Program-made: the position numbers and the translations under genes
Notes under the pieces: model-generated
Told to the model about the DNA's origin: nothing
The model's database searches: none
Seen by the model: only the letters and a program-made list of their open reading frames with translations
Shown: positions 57,128 through 64,000 of the stretch, in pieces
Numbering within the stretch: position 1 is the stretch's first letter
Layout: each line of letters starts with the position of its first letter
Assembly (NCBI GenBank): GCA_934757825.1
Contig: CAKVLP010000001.1
Coordinates: forward strand, 430,869 to 494,868
Source: an uncultured Clostridia bacterium
Lineage (GTDB): Bacteria > Bacillota > Clostridia > Christensenellales > UBA1242
Reading direction: 5' to 3'
Length of the DNA: 64,000 nt

Positions 57128-57442
57128 TGTTTATATGGTGTTTTATATGGTGTTGTTTTGCACCATTTTTAATTAAATAAATCTTAAAAAATCCCTATAA
57201 ATAAAGGAGTTCACACATATTGATTGGTTATTTTATGCCATATCGTGTTATCACATATTCAGTTGGTTTTTTTTCGTGTTTTGGGGAAATTTTGCGATTA
57301 TTCGTTAAAAAACTATCAAAATTTTGGCACCACTTCTTGCATTTGCTACATCTGTCAGTTAAAATGCTATTAACATAAAAACTAAAAAGGTTGGAGATTG
57401 TAATTTTACAGTCTTCAACCTTTTTGCATTAAAGGAGTGCTT

Positions 57443-57868
57443 ATGGAAAAGTGGGAAAAGGAAATGTCAGAGAGAAATAGAATTGTTCAGGCTGAAACAG
57501 ACAAGATCAATAACGAGATTTTGCAAATTCCAGCATGTTTGACCGAAGAAGAGAAATTGGCATATGAAGCGATTGTGAAAACGTTAAAAGAGAGTATCAG
57601 TTATAGGTTGTCGCACAGTGATGTGGAACTTATTTGGCAATATTGCCAAATAAAAATTATGAGAGATAGGGCTTGGAGAGAATATAATAAAAATCCAGAT
57701 AGATACATTCGAATTGTTACGGGAATATGCAGTGATGGAAAAACTCCAAAAGTTATGGTTAAAGAGAACGAACATTACAAAACTTTGATAGACTGCAACA
57801 AACAACTTGAAAAAATCTTAAAGGATTTAAGGCTTACGCCAGATGCAAGAGCAAAAAGAAGATTTTAG
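57443..57868 (+). CDS. Phage terminase small-subunit-like (P27-family-like) protein
   Basis: 141 aa, helical, with the C-terminal LRLTPDARAKRRF tail reminiscent of the P27 family. This is a weak call made from memory. Confidence 0.35.
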   Translation: MEKWEKEMSERNRIVQAETDKINNEILQIPACLTEEEKLAYEAIVKTLKESISYRLSHSDVELIWQYCQIKIMRDRAWREYNKNPDRYIRIVTGICSDGKTPKVMVKENEHYKTLIDCNKQLEKILKDLRLTPDARAKRRF

Positions 57869-57912
57869 AAAATAAAATCCTTTATTTTGCGTTATTTATA
57901 AGGAGAATTATT

Positions 57913-58962
57913 GTGGAACAGTTAAAAATTGAATATATAGAAATTGAAAAGTTAAATCATTATGAAAATAATTCAAAAATACATACGAAAGAACAAGTTG
58001 AGCATATTGCAAATTCAATTAAAGAATTTGGATTTAATGATCCGTTGGGAATTGCTGGCGACAATAATGTTGTTTTGGAGGGAAATGGTAGAGTTGAAGC
58101 AGCAAGAATGCTTGGTATAACAAAAATTCCTTGTGTTAGACTTGACCATTTATCAAAAGAAGAACAACAAGCTTATGTAATCGCTCATAACTCAACAAAT
58201 TTGGAAACTGGGTTTGATAGGGTTGTATTAAAAAAGGAATTAGATAAGCTACAAGGAAGTTATGATTTTTCAATGCTCGGACTAAGTGAAATTGAAATTG
58301 AAAAATTACAACATATTAATGATGAGTTTTATAAACAATTACTTAATTTACAAACAAAAAAACTTGTTAGAAATGAATTTAAAATGGTTGGAAAGTTTGA
58401 ACTTCCCATAATTTTAAAAAATGACTTTGAATTAGAGAAAATTAAACTATATAGTTATAGCAATACAAAGTATAATGATGAAAGGAATAGGTTTAAAACA
58501 ATTCATTTTTTTATTCATGATTATAGATTTGAAAGTATTTATGAAAATGCTGAATATGCAGTTGAAAAACTAAAACAATATCATGCATTATGTTCACCTG
58601 ATTTTAGTTTATATGCAGACATGCCATTAACATTACAAATGTATAATACTTTTAAAAACCGTTGGTGTGGAGCATATTGGCAAAGTTTGGGAATAAAAGT
58701 AATACCAACAATATCGTGGAGTGATGAGCGTAGTTTTGATTTTTGTTTTGATGGTGTTGAAAAAGGAAGTATCGTTGCAATTTCAACTCACGGTAATCAT
58801 AAATGTAAAGAAGAATTTATGCTTGGCTATGAAAAGATGTTGGGAATAATTAGTCCTAGTGCTATAATATGCTATGGAAAGCCCTTTCCAGAAATGAAGG
58901 GTAACTTAAAAGTTTTTCCATACAATCACTACGAACATAGTGAGGCTAAATATGAAAATTAA
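57913..58962 (+). CDS. ParB/Srx-like N-terminal domain fused to a DUF4417-like domain
   Basis: ParB-N region IEKLNHYENNSKIHTKEQVEHIANSIKEFGFNDPL...LEGNGRVEAARMLG. C-terminal region IHFFIHDYRFE...CSPDFSLYADMP...NRWCGAYWQSLGIKVIPTISW matches my recollection of DUF4417. Confidence 0.65.
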   Translation: MEQLKIEYIEIEKLNHYENNSKIHTKEQVEHIANSIKEFGFNDPLGIAGDNNVVLEGNGRVEAARMLGITKIPCVRLDHLSKEEQQAYVIAHNSTNLETGFDRVVLKKELDKLQGSYDFSMLGLSEIEIEKLQHINDEFYKQLLNLQTKKLVRNEFKMVGKFELPIILKNDFELEKIKLYSYSNTKYNDERNRFKTIHFFIHDYRFESIYENAEYAVEKLKQYHALCSPDFSLYADMPLTLQMYNTFKNRWCGAYWQSLGIKVIPTISWSDERSFDFCFDGVEKGSIVAISTHGNHKCKEEFMLGYEKMLGIISPSAIICYGKPFPEMKGNLKVFPYNHYEHSEAKYEN

Positions 58963-59251
58963 TTTACAACTTTTTGGCGGAAGGGGAATCAGTAGTGGTG
59001 GAAATTTTCGTGGCAACTCTAAAACTCCATTTAATGGTGCTCCTAATTCTACATATACATGGTATAAAAATGGAAACCCGTATCAAAAACGGTGGTATGA
59101 TAAAAATGGAAAGCCTAAATTAGATAAAGATTTTACAGATCATGGAAATGGTAAGGCTCATCCTAAGTCGCCTCACTTCCATGACTGGGAAGATGGTCAA
59201 AGAGGTAGAGGGTATTGGAAAGATTCAAGTGGAAGAAAACACTATTTTTAA
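58952..59251 (+). CDS. Small protein with an N-terminal MKINLQLFGG motif and a His/Trp/Gly-rich C-terminus
   Basis: 99 aa. The start overlaps the upstream gene by 11 nt. The NLQLF(G/A) N-terminus is common in Firmicute phage head-associated proteins, recalled from memory. Confidence 0.4.
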   Translation: MKINLQLFGGRGISSGGNFRGNSKTPFNGAPNSTYTWYKNGNPYQKRWYDKNGKPKLDKDFTDHGNGKAHPKSPHFHDWEDGQRGRGYWKDSSGRKHYF

Positions 59252-59267
59252 TAAAGGAGGAAAAAAT

Positions 59268-59693
59268 ATGAATATAAAACAATGTGATGTTTGTGGGAAA
59301 AATATAAAAGTAGATAAATGGGGTAATGGTAAGTGTAAAAATTGCGGGTGGATTCAATGTGAAGCGTCTTTAAAAAACCCAAATGAAGTTAAATATCCTA
59401 ATATTACTTCATTCAATAACGCGAAGGAATTAAGTGTTAAGAAACAAAAACTAAAACCAACATACGAAGAGTTTATAATTATCGTCAAAGAAAATTTAGA
59501 GCCAAGTTTTAAGTACAAAAATAAAAAATATGGCAATACAAATTTTAATGGTTTTGAATTTTTTGAGTTTAATTCTGAAAAGTGCTATCAAAAATATTCC
59601 TCTATTGAAGAATTTGATAAAAATGTAAATATAAATGGAAAACACTTAAAAGATTTGTGGGATAGTGTAAACCACTTTGAACTAAATTGTTAA
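59268..59693 (+). CDS. Zinc-ribbon (CPCC-like) protein, paralogue of 48459..48902
   Basis: Start chosen at the ATG with AAAGGAGG 7 nt upstream. MNIKQCDVCGKNIKVDKWGNGKCKNCGW parallels MNIKQCDVCGNKILVDNYGNGCDCPICGW. Confidence 0.5.
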   Translation: MNIKQCDVCGKNIKVDKWGNGKCKNCGWIQCEASLKNPNEVKYPNITSFNNAKELSVKKQKLKPTYEEFIIIVKENLEPSFKYKNKKYGNTNFNGFEFFEFNSEKCYQKYSSIEEFDKNVNINGKHLKDLWDSVNHFELNC

Positions 59694-59745
59694 AAAAATA
59701 AAATAAATAATTAAAATAAAATGGATTTTATGTTATCATAGTCAT

Positions 59746-60450
59746 ATGAGTATAATTTATGGACCTTGTGGAATGGCGAGGGAGTACAGCCCTTATGCGT
59801 TAAACATTTACATTGGTTGTAGTCATAGATGTAAATATTGTTATGCGCCACATACTTTGCAAAGAAAAGAGGACGAGTATTTTGGCAAACCTGAGCCACG
59901 AAAAGATATCTTAAAACTGCTAGAAAGGGACTTGCAAAAAAACACTTATAACGAACAAGTTCTTTTGTCTTTCGTTGGAGATTGTTATTGCGATAGTGCC
60001 GACAATGGCGCAACAGTGCGAGAAGTTTTGAAAATGCTGAATCATTACAAAGTTCCCGTTGCTGTGCTTAGTAAAGGTGGAAAAAAGATGTTGAGAGACT
60101 TGGATATTTTCAAACAATTTGGGAATAGAATTACAGTCGGAACGACTCTTACATTCTTAGATGAGAAAAAATCAAAAGAATGGGAACCTTTTGCTTCAAC
60201 TCCTAGCGAAAGGCTCGAAACCTTGAAAACGCTTCACGACAATGGCATTAAAACTTTTGCAAGTTTTGAACCAACAATCGAACCCGAAGAGAGTCTGAAA
60301 CTTATCAAAAAGACATTAGAAATAGACTGCGTCGATCACTACAAAATCGGAAAGATAAACAACTATAAGTCCGCCGATAAATGGCAAGATTGGGCAAAAT
60401 ATTTGCAAGATTGTTTGGATTTGCTCCGACCTACTGGTAAGCAAGTTTAA
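59746..60450 (+). CDS. Radical SAM enzyme (SplB/COG1533-like, phage-type)
   Basis: IGCSHRCKYCYAP (CxxxCxxC) near the N-terminus. 234 aa. Confidence 0.7.
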   Translation: MSIIYGPCGMAREYSPYALNIYIGCSHRCKYCYAPHTLQRKEDEYFGKPEPRKDILKLLERDLQKNTYNEQVLLSFVGDCYCDSADNGATVREVLKMLNHYKVPVAVLSKGGKKMLRDLDIFKQFGNRITVGTTLTFLDEKKSKEWEPFASTPSERLETLKTLHDNGIKTFASFEPTIEPEESLKLIKKTLEIDCVDHYKIGKINNYKSADKWQDWAKYLQDCLDLLRPTGKQV

Positions 60451-60647
60451 TACAAATTTTGTTTAAGAAAACTTGCGCCAAACATTGTACTAACAGATAA
60501 TGAAAAAAATCCAGATGCATATATTGTGCAAACGACAACTCCAAAACAAACGAGCCTTTTTGATTGGTGAAAGCGATGTTGGTTTTAAGTATGTTGCTCG
60601 CAAGAAATAAATCCAATTATTTTGGAAATTGAAAAACAACATAAAAT

Positions 60648-60720
60648 AAAAAAATCACTAGCAAAACTAGTGATTTTTTGTTGTGGTGCCGAAGGTGGGG
60701 GTCGAACCCACATGAAGTTG
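60648..60720. repeat. Direct repeat copy 3: hairpin plus tRNA-Leu 3' end (part of the intact gene)
   Basis: See copy 1. Confidence 0.9.
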
Positions 60721-60769
60721 CCCTCGCAAGATTTTGAGTCTTGTGCGTCTGCCATTCCGCCACTTCGGC
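60684..60769 (-). tRNA. tRNA-Leu (anticodon CAA), long variable arm, CCA encoded
   Basis: The reverse complement is GCCGAAGTGGCGGAATGGCAGACGCACAAGACTCAAAATCTTGCGAGGGCAACTTCATGTGGGTTCGACCCCCACCTTCGGCACCA. Acceptor stem GCCGAAG/CTTCGGC, anticodon stem CAAGA/TCTTG with loop CTCAAAA, T stem GTGGG/CCCAC. Confidence 0.9.
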
Positions 60770-60929
60770 ATATCTATCAAATTGCAGTGATAGTATAAAT
60801 CAAATTGGTCGCGGTGTCAAGGGAAAATTTAAACTTGATTTTGAAAAAGTGCGGAAAAATCTTTTTTAATATCCCGCAATTTATGTTATACTCAACTTGT
60901 ATTGATTAAAACCCGCTAGGAGGAAACAT

Positions 60930-62114
60930 ATGAGAAGTGTAGGAACGAGTGTATATGGCGTTAGGACGCCGATAATAAGGAAGGGAAACGACCTAGTAAA
61001 AATAGTTTGCGATAGCGTTCAAAACGTGCTAAAAGAACAACACCTTACTCTAAAACCAAACGATGTTGTTGCTGTGACTGAGGCTGTTGTGGCAATTAGC
61101 CAAGGAAACTACGTGACAGTCGATGAAATCGGTCGCGATGTTAGGCGCAAAACGGGTGGTGGTCGAGTGGGGCTTATCTTCCCAATATTGTCGCGAAATA
61201 GGTTTTCGACACTGCTTTCTGGCATTGTTAAGGGCGTGGACGAACTTGTAATACAACTATCGTATCCAAACGATGAAGTCGGAAATCCGCTTGTTTCGAT
61301 TGACCGCTTGTACGAACTCGGCTTGACCACATTTGACCGCGTTTTCACTAGCGACGAGTTTTACAAACTTGTGGGTAGCGTGGAACACCCATTTACAGGA
61401 ATGGACTACATTAAATACTATCTTGACCTATGCGGTGGCAAAGCAAAAGTAATACTTAGCAACGACCCGACAACAATTCTTAAATACACCGACAAAGTAA
61501 TTAACGCGGACATTCATTCAAGAGCACGCACTAAAAAATTGCTACTAAATAAGGGCGCAAAAGTTGTGTGTTCGCTGTCCGATTTTCTAAACGAGGAGAG
61601 TAAAACCCACGGCTACAATTTGGCTTATGGGCTACTTGGAAGCAACAAATCGAAAGAAGGAAATGTAAAACTTTTCCCACGTGATTGCGACAAATTTGTG
61701 ACTGCACTTCAAAAGGAGTTTAAAAAGCGCACAGGCGTAAGTCCAGAATGTATGGTTTATGGTGATGGCGCGTTTAAGGACCCAGTTGGCGGGATATGGG
61801 AACTTGCCGACCCAGTTGTGAGCCCAGCGTTCTCAAAAGGGCTTAATGGCACTCCAAACGAAATCAAACTAAAATATGTGGCTGACAACGACCTAAGCGG
61901 TTGCACCAAAGAGGGCGAGATTGAGGACAAAATGAGAGAGATAATCCGAAGCAAAGAAAAGGATTTGAAAAACAAAAATATTTCCCTTGGCACAACTCCT
62001 AGACGTTTGACCGACCTTCTTGGCTCGCTTTCCGATTTAACTAGCGGAAGCGGTGACAAGGGTACGCCAGTTGTTTTAATTAAAGGCTACTTTGATAATT
62101 ACGCAACAGAATAA
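60930..62114 (+). CDS. CofE-like (F420-0:gamma-glutamyl ligase family) protein
   Basis: The N-terminal half (GVRTPIIRKGNDLVKIV...LKPNDVVAVTEAVVAISQGN) resembles the F420_ligase fold signature. At 394 aa it is longer than canonical CofE. Confidence 0.45.
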   Translation: MRSVGTSVYGVRTPIIRKGNDLVKIVCDSVQNVLKEQHLTLKPNDVVAVTEAVVAISQGNYVTVDEIGRDVRRKTGGGRVGLIFPILSRNRFSTLLSGIVKGVDELVIQLSYPNDEVGNPLVSIDRLYELGLTTFDRVFTSDEFYKLVGSVEHPFTGMDYIKYYLDLCGGKAKVILSNDPTTILKYTDKVINADIHSRARTKKLLLNKGAKVVCSLSDFLNEESKTHGYNLAYGLLGSNKSKEGNVKLFPRDCDKFVTALQKEFKKRTGVSPECMVYGDGAFKDPVGGIWELADPVVSPAFSKGLNGTPNEIKLKYVADNDLSGCTKEGEIEDKMREIIRSKEKDLKNKNISLGTTPRRLTDLLGSLSDLTSGSGDKGTPVVLIKGYFDNYATE

Positions 62115-62256
62115 TTTATAAGGTCACCAATTTTTTGGTGGCTTTTTTATTTAAAAACCTAATTATTTTTACAGTTTACTCGCTTAGCCGTCGTCAATAT
62201 GATTGTAATATTCGCGGTTTTAGGGTATAATTAAATAACTAAGGCGGTGCTTTTAT

Positions 62257-64000
62257 ATGGAAAAATTTGTAATTATTGATGGCAACAACATTATGTTTAG
62301 GTCGTATTACGCTTTGCCGAAACTGGCAAACTTTGAAGGCGTTGTGAGCAATGGTGTGTTTGGATTTTGCAACATTTTGGTCAAGATTATTAAGGAAGTA
62401 AAACCTAAATACATCGCGGTAGCGTTTGATAGCGCTAAGAAAAACTTTCGCCACGAACTTTTCCCAGAATACAAGGGACAGCGTGGCCCCGTGGAAGAGG
62501 ACCTTATTTCCCAACTTCCTATTTTAAAGGATTTGCTTAGAAAAATGGGCGTGACCGTAGTGGAACAGCCTGGGCTTGAAGCGGACGATTTGATAGGGTG
62601 CTTGTCAAGACAATTTACGGAAACAGAAAACATCATTTTGACCGCCGACAAGGACTGCCTTCAACTTATCAACGACAACAACACGGTTATGCAACCTAAA
62701 AAAGGTGTGACCGAGGCGGAGATGATAGACGCACCAGCGCTGAAAGAAAAAATGGGTCTAACGCCTTTGCAGGTAATCGACTACAAGGGCTTGGCTGGTG
62801 ATTCCAGCGACAATATTCCAGGTGTAAAAGGCGTGGGTGATAAGACCGCTGTTGACTTGCTAAGCAAGTATGGTTCTGTTGAGGGCGTGTATGAAAACAT
62901 TGATAAAATAAGCGGAAAACTTAAGGAAAAACTTGAAAAAGACAAAGAAAACGCCTTTTTGTGCAAAAAACTTGCAACAATTGTGACCGATAAACACCTT
63001 GATTACACACTGGACGATTTTAATTATAGATTTCCTTTTAATAGCGAAGTGCTTGAAATATTCAAAAAATATCAGTTTAACTCGCTACTAAAACACCCCG
63101 AACTATTTGGCGACATTCCGCAAGAAGTGGCAAAAGTGGAAGTTGAAAATATCCAATCGGACGAGGAATTAGAACAACTTGTAAAACAAATTCTTTCGCA
63201 AGATAGGATTGCTCTGCACTTGGATTCAAAGGCACTTGATTGCGCATTCGGAGGAAAGGAATACAAGATTTCATTCGCTGAAACTTTGCTTGATAGCGGG
63301 CTTAATTACACTACAACCTTAGAAAAGTTTAAACCAGTTTTTGAAAGTGAAAAAATAAAGAAAATAGTATTTGACTATAAAAAACTAAAACACGTTTTGT
63401 ATGATTGCGGGTTAAAACTTAATGGCGTGGAGTTTGATTGTACAATTGCTAGGTACTTGGTTAATGTAAATGGCAACAACAATGTTAGTTTTCAAAATGT
63501 TATGGACGAAAATTTGCTAGATGCGACCACGCCTGCTTCGAATTTAATTATTTTACAAGATAAATATTTGAAGTTGATGGAACAAACTGACACAAAAGGG
63601 GTGTTTTTTGACATAGAGATGCCACTTGTTGACGTTTTGTTTGGTATGGAAATCGAAGGCTTTAAGATTGACGAAATGGAACTAAAAAGCCTTGAAGTAA
63701 AATACGAGGCGGAAATTGATGCGTTAACCAGGGACATTTACGACCTTGCTGGCAAGAAGTTTAATATAAATAGTCCAAAACAACTGGGTGAGGTTTTGTT
63801 TGACGATTTAAAGATTGAGACGTGGAATAACAAGAAAAAAAGCACAAATGCCCAAGTGCTTGCGGATATTCAATTTGCGCACCCAATAGTGCCGAAGATT
63901 ACGCAGTATAGGCTTGTAAATAAACTGTACACCACATATATTTTGGCGTATAAGGATATGATTAAAAATGGTAAAATATATACAGTGTTTAATCAGACCC
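62257..64000 (+). CDS. polA: DNA polymerase I (5' partial; continues beyond the window)
   Basis: ATG at 62257, with an open frame to the window end. The 5'-3' exonuclease N-terminus reads IIDGNNIMFRSYYAL...FPEYKGQR...LEADDLIG...GDSSDNIPGVKGVGDKTA. This ORF is not in the supplied track because it has no stop inside the window. Confidence 0.9.
   Translation, partial: MEKFVIIDGNNIMFRSYYALPKLANFEGVVSNGVFGFCNILVKIIKEVKPKYIAVAFDSAKKNFRHELFPEYKGQRGPVEEDLISQLPILKDLLRKMGVTVVEQPGLEADDLIGCLSRQFTETENIILTADKDCLQLINDNNTVMQPKKGVTEAEMIDAPALKEKMGLTPLQVIDYKGLAGDSSDNIPGVKGVGDKTAVDLLSKYGSVEGVYENIDKISGKLKEKLEKDKENAFLCKKLATIVTDKHLDYTLDDFNYRFPFNSEVLEIFKKYQFNSLLKHPELFGDIPQEVAKVEVENIQSDEELEQLVKQILSQDRIALHLDSKALDCAFGGKEYKISFAETLLDSGLNYTTTLEKFKPVFESEKIKKIVFDYKKLKHVLYDCGLKLNGVEFDCTIARYLVNVNGNNNVSFQNVMDENLLDATTPASNLIILQDKYLKLMEQTDTKGVFFDIEMPLVDVLFGMEIEGFKIDEMELKSLEVKYEAEIDALTRDIYDLAGKKFNINSPKQLGEVLFDDLKIETWNNKKKSTNAQVLADIQFAHPIVPKITQYRLVNKLYTTYILAYKDMIKNGKIYTVFNQT

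Larger units (their letters stand above)
57128..60683. mobile_element. Genomic island B at tRNA-Leu (phage-derived, integrase-less)
   Basis: Bounded by repeat copy 2 and the intact tRNA-Leu. Its genes are phage-like: a small-terminase-like protein, ParB-DUF4417 and a radical SAM enzyme. Confidence 0.6.

Noticed and set aside
57200-57390. ~52-codon hydrophobic ORF (TTG start after AAAGGAG) at the left end of island B
   Set aside because: It requires a TTG start and is not conserved with anything I recognise. It may be real, perhaps holin- or Hok-like, but the evidence is insufficient.

Overview
The window looks like a low-GC, Bacillota-like chromosome segment. That placement rests on S-box/SAM-I riboswitches, strong AGGAGG-type ribosome-binding sites and many rho-independent terminators; I could not verify taxonomy. 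The housekeeping backbone includes metG, tex, hisS, mscL, a heterodimeric ABC exporter, lepB, metK, folD, leuS and the start of polA. At least three accessory patches interrupt it. (1) Positions ~21.2-24.5 kb hold a decayed island next to tRNA-Arg(UCG). It carries a truncated tyrosine-integrase fragment, two orphan genes, a truncated second metK that keeps its own promoter and SAM riboswitch, and a displaced tRNA 3' half as the far boundary. (2) Positions ~40.6-44.8 kb form a gene-decay zone with a MerR fragment and two genes each broken by a single in-frame TAA. (3) Positions ~48.9-60.8 kb hold two tandem, integrase-less islands inserted at tRNA-Leu(CAA), delimited by three direct copies of the tRNA 3' end. 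The larger and visibly more AT-rich island (49.0-57.1 kb) carries the most interesting feature. This is a tightly packed, translationally coupled 8-gene operon encoding an XRE-type HTH protein, a RelA/SpoT-like HD hydrolase fused to a TGS domain with no recognisable synthetase motifs, a class-II (Lys/Asp/Asn-type) aaRS-like ligase, a B12-binding radical SAM enzyme, a second radical SAM enzyme, a HAD hydrolase, an S51 peptidase and a Nudix hydrolase. I do not recognise this combination as any described biosynthetic or defence system. Other notable items are a His-His-His leader peptide plus terminator upstream of hisS, a 3 x ~63-bp intergenic tandem repeat, and a 1146-aa M64-like surface protein. 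All calls come from motif recognition by eye. No database searches or computations were run.
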